Source of the DNA: an uncultured Gemmatimonadales bacterium
Lineage (GTDB): Bacteria > Gemmatimonadota > Gemmatimonadetes > Palauibacterales > Palauibacteraceae
Assembly (NCBI GenBank): GCA_963807645.1
Contig: CAWECO010000009.1
Location: forward strand, 131 to 64,130
Reading direction: 5' to 3'
Length of the DNA: 64,000 bases
Position 1 is the stretch's first letter. The number at the start of each line of letters is the position of its first letter. Under the pieces are notes generated by a model. The model made no database searches. It worked only from the letters and a program-made list of their open reading frames with translations, and had not been told where the DNA came from. A program made the position numbers and the translations under genes. Positions 42,736 through 55,119 of the stretch are shown piece by piece.

Positions 42736-44126
42736 TCAGTCGCCCCCATCTCGCCCTCGACTTCCGCCACCGTCTTCGGGATCCGCCGACCCAGCACGCG
42801 GTGCCCGTCCGGCGTCACCAGGACATCGTCCTCGATTCGCACGCCACCGAAGCCCTTGTAGGTGTCGAGCCGATCGAAGTCCAGGAACTCGGCATTCGTG
42901 CCCTCGGCCCGCCACTTGTCGATGAGCTCGGGGATGAAGTAACACCCGGGCTCCACCGTGAGGACGAAGCCGGGCTCGAGGGTCCGGGCAGTCCTGAGGT
43001 ACGCGGTCCCGAACTGCTTGCTACGCTCGAAGTCCTTGCCATAGCCGACGAGGGTTTCGTCCAGGCCCTCCATGTCGTGCACGTCCAGGCCCATCATGTG
43101 TCCCAGCCCGTGCGGCATGCACATCGCGTGGGCTCCTGCGGCCACGGCCTCGTCCACGTCGCCCTTCATGATCCCCAGGTCCTTGAGTCCAGTGGCGATC
43201 TCGCGGCACGCGATGAAGTGCACATCACGGAACGAAATCCCGGGTTTCATGGCGGCCGTGGCCGTCGTCAGCGCGCCGAGAACGATGTCGTAGATCTCGC
43301 TCTGCCGCGTATCGAAGCGGCCGTTCACCGGCATGGTTCGCGTGATGTCCGAGGCGTAGCCCATGGGCGAGATGGCTCCGGAATCATGGACCGCCAGCTG
43401 GCCGTCCTTCATCACGTTCTCATAGCCGTGGTTGTGCAGGACCTCCCCGCGCACCGAAAAGATGATCGGGAAGGACGTCAGGCCCCCGCGTGACAGCACG
43501 ATTCCCTCGACCGCGCCGGCCACTTCGCGTTCGACCATTCCGGGGTGCACCATGTGCATGGCCAGGGTGTGCATGTCGTAGCTGATGTCGATGGCGATCT
43601 CGATCTCGGCGACTTCCTCATCCGACTTGTACAGGCGCTGGTCCACCACGGCTTCGAGCAGGGGCCGTGAGACGTGGTCGTCGGTCGAGAGTCCAGGAAT
43701 TCCCAGCATCCGGGCCAGTTTGATGCGGTTCCAGGCCCGGTACTGGGGCAGGAAGTGGATGGTCCGGCCCGCGTCCCGGGCCGCCCGCAGGACCTCTCCC
43801 AACTTCTCCGGCTCTTCGTGGCGATTCACGCCAACATGCGCGCACTCTTCCGCCATCGTCGGCAGCGGTCCGGTCCACACGATCTCGTCCACGGTCGGCT
43901 CGTGCCCGAACATGATCTCCTCGCCGCTATCGGCGTCGATCACACCCGCGAGCCCGGCCTGGTCGAGGCCGAAGTAGTAGAGAAATGAGCTGTCCTGCTT
44001 GAAGTGATACGGATTGTCCGGGTAGTTCATGGGGGCCGGGTCGTTCCCCAGGAGCAGGATCAACCCCGACCCCACTCGCTCACGGAGACCCTTCCGGCGC
44101 TCGATGTATGTGCTGGCCTCGAACAT
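42732..44126 (-). CDS. pepP: Xaa-Pro aminopeptidase (M24B)
   Basis: FKQDSSFLYYFG, YASDITRT, HGLGHMMGLDVHD, TVEPG, GVRIEDD. Confidence 0.9.
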   Translation of the reverse strand: MFEASTYIERRKGLRERVGSGLILLLGNDPAPMNYPDNPYHFKQDSSFLYYFGLDQAGLAGVIDADSGEEIMFGHEPTVDEIVWTGPLPTMAEECAHVGVNRHEEPEKLGEVLRAARDAGRTIHFLPQYRAWNRIKLARMLGIPGLSTDDHVSRPLLEAVVDQRLYKSDEEVAEIEIAIDISYDMHTLAMHMVHPGMVEREVAGAVEGIVLSRGGLTSFPIIFSVRGEVLHNHGYENVMKDGQLAVHDSGAISPMGYASDITRTMPVNGRFDTRQSEIYDIVLGALTTATAAMKPGISFRDVHFIACREIATGLKDLGIMKGDVDEAVAAGAHAMCMPHGLGHMMGLDVHDMEGLDETLVGYGKDFERSKQFGTAYLRTARTLEPGFVLTVEPGCYFIPELIDKWRAEGTNAEFLDFDRLDTYKGFGGVRIEDDVLVTPDGHRVLGRRIPKTVAEVEGEMGATE

Positions 44127-44170
44127 TTCGGCTCCTTTGTCGGTTCGTAAGGTCGTACACTCAAAGTACG

Positions 44171-45475
44171 TCAGGCGGTGTGGAGAGGTACCCCCGACAG
44201 CACTGCATCCAGTTCTCCGATCACCCGGCCGGCATCTTCATACGAAAACACGAGCGGGGGTTTGATCTTGATTACGTTCTCGAACGGACCGTCCGTACTC
44301 AGGAGAATGCCCCGCTCCCTCATTTGATTGATGACCTCGCAGGCCTCTTCCGTGGCCGGTTCCAGCGTATCGCGATCACGTACCAGTTCGACGCCGATGA
44401 ACAGGCCGAGGCCACGAACATCGCCCACGAGGGCATGCCGGTCGGCGAGCTCCGCCAGCCCCTCCCGGAAGCGCGTGCCCACCCTCAGGGCATGCGCCTG
44501 AAGCCCCTCGTCCTCGATCACATCGAGCACCGCGAGCCCGATGGCGCACGACACCGGGTTGCCGCCGAACGTGTTGAAGTACTCCATCCCGTTGTCGAAG
44601 GCGCCGGCGATTTCGCGAGTGGTGACCACGGCTCCCATCGGGTGGCCGTTTCCGATCGGCTTGCCGAGCGTCACGATGTCCGGCACCACGTCCTGCGTCT
44701 CGTAGGCCCACCAGTGGGTTCCCACCCGGCCGAAGCCCACCTGGACCTCGTCCGCCACGCACACGGCTCCGGCCGCACGCGCGTGCCCGAAGGCGGCCTC
44801 GAGGTACCCCGGCGGAAGGACGATCTGGCCCGCACACCCCGGGATCGACTCCGCGAAGAACGCGGCCACGCCTCGCCCGCCGAGCACGGCACGCCGAATC
44901 TCACCGGCCACGGCGTCGGCGTAGCGGGAAGCGGCTTCGGGGTCGCCGGCTCGATGGGGTCCGCGGTACGTGTCGGGCACGGGAGCCACGTGCACATGGT
45001 CCGGCTTTCCAGCCCCGCCCGCGCCATCGAACTTGTAGGGGCTCAACTCCACCATCCCGCCCGTGTGTCCGTGGTACGCGCCGTCGAGCACGACCACGTC
45101 CTGCTGGCTCGTGGCCGTCCTCGCCAGCCGGAAGGCCAGTTCGTTGGCCTCGCTGCCCGAACACACGAAGAAACAGATCTCCAACGGATCGGGCATCGTT
45201 CCGGCGAGCCTTGCGGCATAGCGCACGATGTTGTCGTGCAGGTATCGCGTGTTCGTGTTGAGGGAGGCGATCTGCCGCTGCGCCGCTTCGACGACGCGCG
45301 GATGGCAGTGTCCGACGTGACACACGTTGTTGACGCAGTCCAGGTAGGGTCGACCGTCCTCGTCGTACAGAAACTGCCCCTCGCCGCGCACGATCTTCAG
45401 CGGACTCCGATACGAAAGGCTCAGCGAGCCGCCGAGGTGACGGCGTCGCAGTTCCAGGATGTCTTCCGGCTTCAT
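44171..45475 (-). CDS. Class III aminotransferase, AGXT2L/phospho-lyase type
   Basis: [57 protein letters not shown]. Confidence 0.9.
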   Translation of the reverse strand: MKPEDILELRRRHLGGSLSLSYRSPLKIVRGEGQFLYDEDGRPYLDCVNNVCHVGHCHPRVVEAAQRQIASLNTNTRYLHDNIVRYAARLAGTMPDPLEICFFVCSGSEANELAFRLARTATSQQDVVVLDGAYHGHTGGMVELSPYKFDGAGGAGKPDHVHVAPVPDTYRGPHRAGDPEAASRYADAVAGEIRRAVLGGRGVAAFFAESIPGCAGQIVLPPGYLEAAFGHARAAGAVCVADEVQVGFGRVGTHWWAYETQDVVPDIVTLGKPIGNGHPMGAVVTTREIAGAFDNGMEYFNTFGGNPVSCAIGLAVLDVIEDEGLQAHALRVGTRFREGLAELADRHALVGDVRGLGLFIGVELVRDRDTLEPATEEACEVINQMRERGILLSTDGPFENVIKIKPPLVFSYEDAGRVIGELDAVLSGVPLHTA

Positions 45476-45488
45476 CCGTGTCTCGCTC

Positions 45489-46511
45489 TCACGGGGCATC
45501 TTCACCCATCGGGCTCACGCTCTCGCACGCGTCTTCGAAGGCATCGACCCATCCGGACGGAGGGTTGGAAGACATCCAATCCAGGAGGCGCCAGGCAGGG
45601 ACTTCCGATACCGCCAGATAGGCGTTGGCCGGGTCCATCCGCAGCCGGTATGCCGACATCGTCACACTGACGCAAAGACGGGCTTCGATCAAGTACGGGA
45701 TCGCACGCACCTCGGAGCGCTCCAGGGGCAGCGCCGCGTGATACCCTGCGATCACCCGGGCTCCGGCTTCCAGCGGGTCTGCCGCGGACATCATTGGGTA
45801 AGCCATGGCGATCGCCGGCTCGGAGGCGCGGGCGGTCCACACCAGATCTCCGAAATCCAGCAGGCCGCTCACGCGGGCTTCGTCACCGTCGCCCTCCACC
45901 AGGACGTTGTGGTCGTTGGCGTCGTTGTGGATGACCTGGAACGGCAGACGCTCGATGACGGGCAGAGCCCGCTCCGCGAAGCGGGCCAGGCGGGCGCGCA
46001 CGTCCCTCCGGCCCGCATCATCCGCGATGTACTCGGTGAACGGCTCGACCCCGGAAGCGAAGCGGAGGTCCCACCGGTACGAGCGCCGGGCGCCGGGATC
46101 GTCGAAGTGCGCGAGCCGGCGATCCAGGTCCCCGAGCCCGTAGCCAAAGTCGTGCAGCAGCGTGGCGGAAAGCTCCGGGAGATCGGCCAGCAGACGCCCT
46201 GGCAGGAAGGTCACGAGCCAGACGGCGTGGTTCCCTTCGCGAGTCAGCGGGAGGCCGGCGGAGCATGGCACGACTCGCGGCGTCTGGAGCCGACCGGGTT
46301 CGGTCTGCAACAGGTCCAGCGCCGACACCTGTGCCTCGAGGAGCGCCGGGTCTTCCTCGGAGTTCATGATCTTGAGAACGAACTCCGCTCCCGTCCGATC
46401 ACGCAGCCGGAAGTTCTGGTCCACGTAGCTCGGCAGCTCGCGCGCCGTCACCTCGAGATCGTAGTGCCGGGACGCCAGCTCCTGCGCCTGCTCGGGCGAG
46501 AATCGGATCAG
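45489..46511 (-). CDS. APH-family phosphotransferase (hydroxylysine kinase-like)
   Basis: [30 protein letters not shown]. The frame extends to a CTG at 46511. Confidence 0.85.
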   Translation of the reverse strand: MIRFSPEQAQELASRHYDLEVTARELPSYVDQNFRLRDRTGAEFVLKIMNSEEDPALLEAQVSALDLLQTEPGRLQTPRVVPCSAGLPLTREGNHAVWLVTFLPGRLLADLPELSATLLHDFGYGLGDLDRRLAHFDDPGARRSYRWDLRFASGVEPFTEYIADDAGRRDVRARLARFAERALPVIERLPFQVIHNDANDHNVLVEGDGDEARVSGLLDFGDLVWTARASEPAIAMAYPMMSAADPLEAGARVIAGYHAALPLERSEVRAIPYLIEARLCVSVTMSAYRLRMDPANAYLAVSEVPAWRLLDWMSSNPPSGWVDAFEDACESVSPMGEDAP

Positions 46512-46834
46512 ACTGTCGCCTTGTGCAGCTTGCGCTTGAGGCGATGGATCTTCCGTCGGGCGCGCTTCAGCTGAACGGAGTCACCGGCAGCCAGTGCCTC
46601 GTCGCGCTCTACCTTCAGTTCCTTGATCCGGGCCTTGATGGAGGCCTTGTCCACACCGACGACCTCGTGGTGTGCGTGGTCCTCGATCCCCAGGACGTGA
46701 CAAAGCGCGGGCACGAGGTCTTCCTTGTGCATGGTCGAATAGCCGTGCAGCTCGTCATGATCGCCCAGTTCCTCGGCGATCTCGCGCAGCTTCTTCACGG
46801 GAGTCTTGTGGAGTTCTTCCCACGTGTGGTCCAT
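46508..46834 (-). CDS. Small basic protein with Rho N-terminal-like helices
   Basis: EELHKTPVKKLREIA..GYSTMHKEDLV; basic C-terminal coiled coil. Confidence 0.7.
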   Translation of the reverse strand: MDHTWEELHKTPVKKLREIAEELGDHDELHGYSTMHKEDLVPALCHVLGIEDHAHHEVVGVDKASIKARIKELKVERDEALAAGDSVQLKRARRKIHRLKRKLHKATV

Positions 46835-46947
46835 TCGCGTCCTCCTAGCGGGGTTCAGCGAGCGCAGTTGGCGGGGAGCCGATTTATCGAATATATGGGG
46901 GTGGGCGCGCAGTCGCAGCCGGCAGCCGCCGGAAGTAGTATTGCCGC

Positions 46948-48234
46948 ATGGAGGGACTCTCGAGACCGACCGGATCCGAACTTCGAGTGGTCGTGGTTGG
47001 CGGCGGCGTCGTGGGCGTCTGCTGCGCGTATTTCCTCGCTCTCAGGGGAGCCTCGGTCACGGTTCTGGAGCGCGACGAGCTCGGCCGCGCCGCATCCTTC
47101 GGCAACGCCGGCCTCATCTCGCCCGGGCATCCGCCCATCAACAGGCCGGGACGCGTACGCCAGGCACTGCGGTCCATGGGAGACAGCCTGAGCCCGCTGT
47201 ACATCCAGCCCAGCTGGAATCCGGAGCTCGTCCGCTGGCTCTGGGCTTTCCGGAAGTACTGCACCGCCGATCACGTCGAGCACGCGATGGCCGCACTTTC
47301 ACCCCTCGGATTACGCACCACCGATCTCTTTGACGAATTGGTTCGGGGCGAGGGTCTGGAATGCGGGTATCGCCGATCGGGCTACCTCGAGGTGTTCGAT
47401 ACCGAGGCCGGCCTGGAGTCGGGGCAGGAAGAGGTCGAGGTCGTGGAGCGCCACGGTTTCGCGCCCGAGTATCTCAGCGGCCCTGCCCTCCGCGAACGAG
47501 AACCGCTCTTCGGGCCGGATCTCGAGGGCGGCTGGTTTCACGAGGAGGGGACGGTCGTGGAGCCGTACCGGTTCGTTCTGGAGATGGCGGACCGCGCCGC
47601 GGCCCGGGGAGCGGTGATTCGACCCCGGACCGAGGTCATCGAGATCCGCTCCGAGCACGGCAGCGTAATGAGTGTACGCGCAGCCTCGGGGGAGGACTTC
47701 GCGGCTGACGCGGTCGTCCTGGCCACGGGGGCTTACAGCCCGGGACTCATGGCCTCGCTCGGGTGCCCGATTCCGGTTCAGCCCGCGAAGGGATACCACG
47801 CCGACCGCAGCCTGGGGGATCCGGGCACGCCCACCCTGAGTGTTCCGTGTCTGCTCGGCGAGCGGGCGGTGTTCTGCTCGTCTATGGACGACCATGTCCG
47901 CTTCGCGGGAACGCTGGAATTCTCGGGCCGAAACCTCGATATGAGGCGTGACCGCCTGGAGCAACTGGATGCGGCAGCCCGCAGGTACTTCACGGTCACC
48001 GACCTGTCGGAACCGACCTCGGAGTGGTGTGGTCTGCGGCCATGCACGCCCGACGGCTTGCCGGTGATCGGAAGGGTGCCGGGATACGAGGGCGCCTACG
48101 TGACGAACGGCCATGCGATGCTGGGGCTCACGCTCGGGCCCGTCACGGGAAGCCTGGTGGCCGACCTGGTGCTCCGCGGGGCGCCGACGCTCGACATCCA
48201 GGCTTTCCGCCCGGAACGGTTCGCGGGCCGCTGA
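46948..48234 (+). CDS. FAD-dependent D-amino acid dehydrogenase (DadA family)
   Basis: VVGGGVVG, ASFGNAG, PAKGY, WCGLRPCTPDGLP, GHAMLGLTLGP. Confidence 0.9.
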   Translation: MEGLSRPTGSELRVVVVGGGVVGVCCAYFLALRGASVTVLERDELGRAASFGNAGLISPGHPPINRPGRVRQALRSMGDSLSPLYIQPSWNPELVRWLWAFRKYCTADHVEHAMAALSPLGLRTTDLFDELVRGEGLECGYRRSGYLEVFDTEAGLESGQEEVEVVERHGFAPEYLSGPALREREPLFGPDLEGGWFHEEGTVVEPYRFVLEMADRAAARGAVIRPRTEVIEIRSEHGSVMSVRAASGEDFAADAVVLATGAYSPGLMASLGCPIPVQPAKGYHADRSLGDPGTPTLSVPCLLGERAVFCSSMDDHVRFAGTLEFSGRNLDMRRDRLEQLDAAARRYFTVTDLSEPTSEWCGLRPCTPDGLPVIGRVPGYEGAYVTNGHAMLGLTLGPVTGSLVADLVLRGAPTLDIQAFRPERFAGR

Positions 48235-49117
48235 CTACGCGTTATAGGCGGCCGCGATCCCGACTGCGAATTCCTCCAACGTGGTGGGCGTCGTGTTAGC
48301 GGCGGACCGGGCTTCCTGCGGAACGACCCGACCCCCACCGAATCCGCGATACATCTCCATGAAGGCGGCGATGGTCGCCGGGTGCGCACCCATCTGTTCG
48401 AAGCCGGCCGCGGCGGCCTCCTCCGGCACGGTGACATACGGAAGATCCGGCTGGCCGATCGCCGCCCCGATGATCGCGGCGACCTCGGTCAGGGTGTATT
48501 CGCGGGGCCCGAGTAGTTCCTTGATGTGGTGCCCGTCGAAATCCAGCGCTGCCAGGCGGCGGGCCGCCTCGGCTCCGATGTCGCGGGTGGCGATCATCGC
48601 GACCGGAAGGTCCCCTGGAATCGGCATTCCGAGCACACCCATCCCCCGAATGGCGTCGAGCATCATGTACATGTTCTCCATGAACCAACCGGGCCGGAGG
48701 TGAAGCACGTTGGTCTCGGTGAGGTCGTTGAACCGGTCCTCCTGTTCGCGCAATCCGGCGATCGGTCCCGTTCCTTCTCGGTGTTGGGCGCCGACGCTCG
48801 ACAGGTTGACCACGTACGGCACCCCCGCGTCACGGATCCCGCTTATGAGCGCCTTCCCCGCTTCGCTCTGCCAGGCCAGAAGATCCACGTCGTAACGAGG
48901 GGGAATGAGGTGATACACGCCCCCGACCCCGTCGCACGCCCGGGCGACGAAATCAGCGTCGGACGACGTCTCCTACCGCCGCCTCCGCACCCCTCTCTAC
49001 GAGGGAGGCAAGACGCTCTTCGGTTCGTCCGATCGCGCGAACCGGCAAGCCCGCGGCGAGGAGATCTTCCGCAACCACTCGACCCGTGTTTCCGGTCGCT
49101 CCGATGACGGCGTACAT
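48235..49117 (-). CDS. NmrA-like NAD(P)H-binding protein, frameshifted
   Basis: MYAVIGATGNTG; LSSVGA, LRPGWFMEN, IATRDIG. Confidence 0.85.
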
Positions 49118-49229
49118 GTCTGGCTCCTTGGGAAAATCCGGATGGGTATGCTGGATGCAAAGTGCCGCGCGGGGAGGCCGGAGACAAGGAAGCACCACGA
49201 CCAGTGGATGCGGAACGCACGCATGGCGA

Positions 49230-51132
49230 TCAGGCGCCGGAGACCGCCTCCTGGATTCGGCGCCGCTGCCCCGGCGTGAGCATGTCGCGCGCGACGACAT
49301 CCCGCACGATCCGCGCGACGAAGGCGTAGCCTCTCTGCTCGGCGACCAGCCACCGGTGCCACTCCAACTCGTCCAGCGCATCGAACAACGGGTCACCCTC
49401 GAAGCCCGTCGCCCGGGACAGGAGATCGGACTCGCACCGCTCGTCGAGGACCGAAGCGGCCGCCAGGACCGTCTGGGCCGGCCGGCTCAGACGTCGGTAT
49501 CCGACCCGAATGGCGGCCACGATCGAGTCCGGAAGGTCGCCGGGATACGTCTGCTCCATCGTCTGGAAGGGCTTGGGCCACACCCCACCCACATCCTCGA
49601 GTTCGAGTCCCAGGCGGACGGCGGTGAGCAACTCGATCGCCAGGAGCGGCAGGCCAGCTGAATCGGCCCCGATGCGCCGCGTGATTCGGCGGACGGCGTC
49701 GTCGTCGAGATCCGGAAGGACGTGACGCGCGAGGTCGGCCAGTCCGTCCGACTCGAGCGGTCCCAGGGTGAGGGCCACTCCAGCTTCGTCCCTCCCGACG
49801 CGGGCCCTGAGATCGTCCAGTTCACCGCGTGCCGGGTAGGACGCGCCCGTCAGCAGCAGGACGAACGGAACGCCGGACGCATCCCGTAACAACGAAGGCA
49901 AGACCGCGGCAGACTCGGGGTCGAGGTGGCCGGCGCCGTCGATCCATAGCAGGACCGGTTGCGTCGATCCCACGGCTTTCACGAGGTCGGCCGCGGCCCG
50001 GGCCGGCTCAGCGGGTTCGGCCAGGCTGGCCAGGTGGGTGAGTCTCTCGTCCGGTTCCGACACGTTCGCCAACGCGAAGGCTAAAGCTGCGGGGGGAGCC
50101 TTGACCGCGCCGGACCCGTCCAGCAAACCGCCGCGGCACAGCCCGCCGAGACCACTCCAGGGCACCTCCCGATCGGTGGGCACGCAACGGATGTGGGCCA
50201 CGGCGGCACCTGCCAGTCGGGCCCGCGCCGCGACCTCCTCCGCCAGCCGGGTCTTGCCGGCCCCCGAGTCTCCCTGCACGACGATCAGTGCGGTCGACCC
50301 GTCGGAAAACGCCTCCGACACACACGCCTGCACCGCGCGCAGCTCCGATTCCCGCCCCACCAGTGGAACGCGGCGCGCCCAACGATCCGGATCGCCCGCC
50401 TCGTCGGGAAGGCGCCACTCGCGCTCGCTTCGAATCCGATCCGCCAGGGTCTCCGTCTCCGGATCCGGTTCCATCCCGAACTCTTCGCGCAGGCGCCCGG
50501 CGTACGCATCGTAGATGGCCAGGGCGCCCGCCCGTTCCCCCCGAATGGCAGCGCCCAACATGGCGAGCCGTACGGCGCCGTCCGAGAACGGGTCGAGGGA
50601 CAGCGCCTGGACCGCCGCCTCCTGGGCGCCCCGGCCGTCGCCGGCCGCCAGCCGGTCTTCGGCGTGACGTCTCAACCCGGCTCCCATCCGGTCGAGCCAC
50701 GTCATTCTCTCGGCAGCGAGCCAATCCTCGAAGACGGAGCTATCCGGGACCGCGAACCCCTCGAGAAACGGACCCCGCATCAGCGGGACGGCATCGCTCC
50801 ATCTTTCCGCCTGAAGCAGCGCCTGCAGCTCGTCCACGTCCGCCTGCACCGCGTCCGGCGACAGGGCCACCTGGTCGCCGATCGACAGCAGGAGATCGTC
50901 TCCCGCCGATTTGCGGATCACGCGGAGGGACTCGTTCAAGGAATGACGGGCCGCGGCGTCCGGTTTGTCCCCCCAGAACAGGCCGATCAGGTGTTCGCGG
51001 GTGCGCCGGCGATCGGGCGACCGCGCCAGGTAGAGAAGGAGCGCCAGGTTCTTCCGCCACATCAACTCGCGGGGAGGCTCGCTTCCATCCACGGTGACTT
51101 CGAGCGGATCCGAGCGTCCTTAGCCTGATCAC
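49230..51132 (-). CDS. BTAD/SARP transcriptional activator with AAA ATPase
   Basis: LALLLYLA..REHLIGLFW; GPFLEGF..FEDWL; Walker A GDSGAGKT. GTG 51132 overlaps the kinase stop. Confidence 0.85.
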
Positions 51133-53927
51133 TCCTGCCCCTCGGCGCCGAAAGCGGAGTGGCTCTTGCGGGACGCGTAGGATCCGAGCGCACCGTCCAC
51201 CTCGCCAGCCTGGACGAGCGGCGGCGGTATCATGCCCTCCAGGTCGGTGTTCTGATGCCAGCGCCACGAAGCGATCGCGCTGTCCGGCATTCCCAGCGCC
51301 TGGTACCACTCGCCCCGCTTGAGGTAAAGGACCGAGCGCAGAAACGGACGATCGGCGAGGCCCGCGGAATCGTAAGCCAGGTCCCGGGCCGTTCGATCCA
51401 GCGCGACCCGGTAATCCTCGCGCGAAGCGTGTGCGAGAGCCGACGCGAGACGGTAGGGACGCGCCGCAACCGCTTCCTCCTCCTGCCGGAGAGACTCGAG
51501 CCGATCTGCCCAGGTGTCCCGGAGTTCCTCGTCCCCGCGCCGATCCGCCAGCAGGGCGAGGGCCGTGGCCGCCCGGGCCCTGATCTGGACGTCGATGCCG
51601 GCATCTAGCCACAACGCTTCGAGCGTCCGCTGTCCACGGTCCGCGTCCGTCGCCGTGAAGCCGTCCACGCCGAGGGCGTACGGAATGACGGCCCACTCGG
51701 CGGCCTGGGTCACGGTCTCCGGCGTCTCGAATCGACGCGCGGCCGAGTCAAACGCGGCCAGACCCTCCGCAATCATCCCCTGCGTCAAGAGCCCCAGGCC
51801 CTGGGCGACGAAACCCTGCGCCGCGAAATCGCGGCTCCCGAAGTTGTCGGCGACGCCCAGGAGCAGGCGGCCAAGTTCGACTTGGGTGGAGGGAGAATCG
51901 ATGTAACGAACCCAGCGGGCGTAGAGGCTGACGGTTTCCGGGGGCTGGGCTGCCATGGCCGTCCGGCTCTCACGGGCCGCCTCGGGGTCGAAGCGCTCGA
52001 GCCACCCTTGGCCCCACACCTCCGGATAGTAGAGGCCCGATTCGTCCTCCGGCGCGTGGATGCGAGTCAGGTGCGCGAGGGACCTCTCCGCTTCCTCCGC
52101 CTGGCCAGTTCGGATCAAGGCCTGCGTCAGGTGCTCGACGGCCGGCACCAGGAAGGAGTCCCGGCGGACCGCAAGACGAAACATCGCGACCGCACTATCG
52201 AGCGGTACTCCCCACAACGCGCCGCGGTGATAAAGCTCGTCGGCGTACAGGAGCGTCGCGTACGGATCGAAGCGGTACTCGGGAACGGCCAGGATCGCCT
52301 CGTACGCATGCAACTGTTCCGTGCCGTGCGGTTTCGCTCCCGCCACGAGGAGGAGCGAGTCCAGGGGACTCAGGCTCGCCAGGTCCATTTCCAGGATCGA
52401 ATCCAGGTTGGCTCCTATCGGGCGGTCGACCAGCCATCGGTGGGCCTCGGCACGTCGGAGGCGGGCCAGCGTGAACGTCGGGTCCGCCGCGAGTGCCTCG
52501 CCGTAACGCTCCGCCGCCGACGCCCACGCTCCGTTACGCAGGTAGTAGTCGCCCCAGAAGAACGGCCGCAGCGCTTCGATCCTGTATGCGCCGAATCGGT
52601 CCACCTCTTCTTCCGTCACCGTCAGGTCGGGCGCGACGGCGCCGAGGACGCGGACCGTGATCGCGACGGCCGCCTGCCGTACCAACGCCGAATCCGAGTT
52701 GCCGCTGATGCGAAGCGTCTCCAACTCGACGGCGTTGCCCGACTCGTCGAGCAACCGGAAGTCCACGTCCAGGCCGTCTTCCACCCGATCCACGACGCAG
52801 CGCACCGCGTGCGACGCACGCAGGACTTCGGTCCAGTCCGGGGCGGACAGGGCCCCGCCACGGTTCTCGTACAGGGAGAGCGCCGCCTGCGTACTCGCCT
52901 TCTCGATCCCGGGCAGTCCTTCGAGGTTCGAGGCTGCCCGCCAACCGATGTTGGATGCCAGTTCCCGATCGGCAGGATTCGGTCGGCATCGCACGGAAAC
53001 ACGGCGACGTCCAGCAAGACGCTCGCTGGTGGCAGGGCCAACGGCTCGGGCCCCCCGGAGCGAGTGAGCGCCCACCAGGCCAGGGCCGCGATCCCTGCGC
53101 ACAGCCAGCACGACCGACCCAACGCGGAAGGCGGATTCCCGGGCGCCGGGTCCGAAGGGCGGCCCGGAATTCCGCGGGCGTTCTTCCACCGCTCCGCCGG
53201 ATTGACGGCCAGCGCCTTCTTCAGCACCGGCCGTGAGACCAGTCGGAATTCGGCTCCAGTCCCCGGATTCGGGCGCCGCGAGTGAGATCCAGCGTTTCCC
53301 GGCCAACGCCTCGTAGAGGACCATGCCGAGAGAATAGAGATCGGACTCGGCCGAAACAGGTTCTCCCTTCGCCTGCTCGGGAGACATGTACGCCGGCGTG
53401 CCCGGACCCCACCGGTCGGTGGTCAACGTCTCGTCCACAGGACCCTCGACGTGGACGATCCCGAAGTCGGCCAACAGGGCCCTGTGATCCACGAGGAAGA
53501 TATTTGACGGCTTGATGTCACGGTGTACCACCCCGGCTTCGTGCATCCGCTCCAGGGCTTCGAGCAGGTCCCGCCCCAGCCTGAAGGTGTCGCGCCCGTC
53601 GAGTGGACCGCGTTCGAGACGCTGCCGCAGCGTCTCGCCGTCGACCAGGTCCATGACATAGTACGAAAGCCCACCTCGTTGATCCGCATCGTGGATGGTG
53701 ACCATGTTCGGATGGGAAAACGCCGCCAGGGTGCGAGCTTCCCGCAGGAAACGGGCTTCTCCGGTGGCCGTCGCCATGTCCGGTCTGAGGACCTTGATGG
53801 CGACGATTCGATCGAGGGACGTGTCGAGCGCGCGGAACACCGTGGCCATGCCGCCGGAAGCGACTTCAGCCTCGACTTCGTAGCGTGGCGCCAGGACTTC
53901 GCGCAACCGCTCGAGAAGGGATGGCAT
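51129..53927 (-). CDS. Ser/Thr kinase with TM and TPR-like C-terminal region (internal frameshifts)
   Basis: [32 protein letters not shown]. Confidence 0.9.
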   Translation of the reverse strand: MPSLLERLREVLAPRYEVEAEVASGGMATVFRALDTSLDRIVAIKVLRPDMATATGEARFLREARTLAAFSHPNMVTIHDADQRGGLSYYVMDLVDGETLRQRLERGPLDGRDTFRLGRDLLEALERMHEAGVVHRDIKPSNIFLVDHRALLADFGIVHVEGPVDETLTTDRWGPGTPAYMSPEQAKGEPVSAESDLYSLGMVLYEALAGKRWISLAAPESGDWSRIPTGLTAGAEEGAGRQSGGAVEERPRNSGPPFGPGARESAFRVGSVVLAVRRDRGPGLVGAHSLRGARAVGPATSERLAGRRRVSVRCRPNPADRELASNIGWRAASNLEGLPGIEKASTQAALSLYENRGGALSAPDWTEVLRASHAVRCVVDRVEDGLDVDFRLLDESGNAVELETLRISGNSDSALVRQAAVAITVRVLGAVAPDLTVTEEEVDRFGAYRIEALRPFFWGDYYLRNGAWASAAERYGEALAADPTFTLARLRRAEAHRWLVDRPIGANLDSILEMDLASLSPLDSLLLVAGAKPHGTEQLHAYEAILAVPEYRFDPYATLLYADELYHRGALWGVPLDSAVAMFRLAVRRDSFLVPAVEHLTQALIRTGQAEEAERSLAHLTRIHAPEDESGLYYPEVWGQGWLERFDPEAARESRTAMAAQPPETVSLYARWVRYIDSPSTQVELGRLLLGVADNFGSRDFAAQGFVAQGLGLLTQGMIAEGLAAFDSAARRFETPETVTQAAEWAVIPYALGVDGFTATDADRGQRTLEALWLDAGIDVQIRARAATALALLADRRGDEELRDTWADRLESLRQEEEAVAARPYRLASALAHASREDYRVALDRTARDLAYDSAGLADRPFLRSVLYLKRGEWYQALGMPDSAIASWRWHQNTDLEGMIPPPLVQAGEVDGALGSYASRKSHSAFGAEGQE

Positions 53928-54157
53928 TGACGGCTCCCGGGAAAGTCCGGCTGGGGCCAGGGCCGGTACCGTGTGAGCCAGTAAAGATTAGATATCCCAG
54001 ACCGACGCGGCAAGTTCTGGAGCGCCCCAACCTCATGTCGAGCAAGGACGTCGACTCGGCGTCGCGACGTCGCGCGGCAGGTGTGCAGCGTGTAGTTTCG
54101 TGCACGCGAATCCGCCGGACGGCGAGCACCCGATCAACGCCGAGAGAAGCCCGGTCG

Positions 54158-54812
54158 ATGAGCATTCGAGCCACCCTGAGAGCCTTCTTCACCGCCGGAA
54201 AGGGCGTGGTGCGCGGCCTGACCGAGGAAGACGCGGGCGCCGATCCGTTCATCCTCTTCGATCGGTGGTTTCGGGAGGCGCGCGAGGCGGGCCTCTACCT
54301 GCCTGAAGCGATGGCCCTGGCCACGTCCACCGCGGACGGCAAGCCATCGGTCCGCCAGGTGCTTCTGAAGGCGGTCGACGACCGCGGTTTCGTCTTCTAC
54401 ACGAACTACGACAGCCGGAAGGGCGTCGAGATCGCGGAGAACCCGTGCGCCGCCCTCGCGGTCCACTGGCCGATCCTGCAGCGGCAGGTTCGGATCAACG
54501 GGGCCGTCGAGAAGACGAGCACGGAGGAATCGCAGGCTTACTTCGACAGCCGGCCGCGCGGAAGCCAAATCGGGGCCTGGGCCTCGGATCAGAGTTCGGT
54601 TCTGCGGGACCGAAGTGAGCTCGAGCGCAGGTTCAAGGAAACACAGGAGCGGTTCTCGTCGGGCGATGTGCCGCTGCCCCCGTTCTGGGGAGGGTACCGG
54701 GTCATCCCGGAGACGATCGAGTTCTGGCAGGGGCGGGCCAATCGACTGCACGATCGCGCTGCGCTTCACGCGCGACGGCGACGGGTGGACCATCGACCGG
54801 CTTTACCCGTAG
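54158..54812 (+). CDS. pdxH: Pyridoxamine 5'-phosphate oxidase, frameshift near 54757
   Basis: [45 protein letters not shown], then WTIDRLYP*. Confidence 0.95.
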
Positions 54813-54841
54813 CGAACGGCCACAATCGACGGGAGCTTCTG

Positions 54842-55045
54842 ATGCGCGGTTTCCAGTGCCCCAAGTGCGACAACACTGAGTACGAGACGGGTCAGTTCCG
54901 CGCGGTGGGAGGCACCCTCAGCAAGATCTTCGACGTGCAGTCTCAGCGGTTCACCACGGTTTCGTGCACCCGCTGCCGATTCACCGAGGTCTATAAGGCG
55001 GACAAGAGCCGTCTCGAGGACATCTTCGACCTGTTCACGAACTGA
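54842..55045 (+). CDS. Zinc-ribbon protein (DUF2082-like)
   Basis: [26 protein letters not shown]. Confidence 0.85.
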   Translation: MRGFQCPKCDNTEYETGQFRAVGGTLSKIFDVQSQRFTTVSCTRCRFTEVYKADKSRLEDIFDLFTN

Positions 55046-55119
55046 TGAGAAGGCGAGCCAGGGCGGTCAACCGTTCGCCGCAAAATGTGGGACTCAGGTC
55101 CCCAGGGAGGGTATCGGTC

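Noticed and set aside
44108-45670. Long antisense ORFs (also 37396..38946, 11619..12830, 51882..53285)
   Set aside because: Shadow frames of high-GC genes on the opposite strand, with no motifs.
49230-53927. Kinase + BTAD-AAA pair as a defence system
   Set aside because: A common signalling architecture in this kind of genome, with no nuclease or other effector domain visible.
53885-55045. PdxH-zinc ribbon fusion in the ORF track
   Set aside because: PdxH's normal C-terminus (WTIDRLYP*) is in another frame ending at 54812, and the zinc-ribbon gene has its own ATG at 54842.
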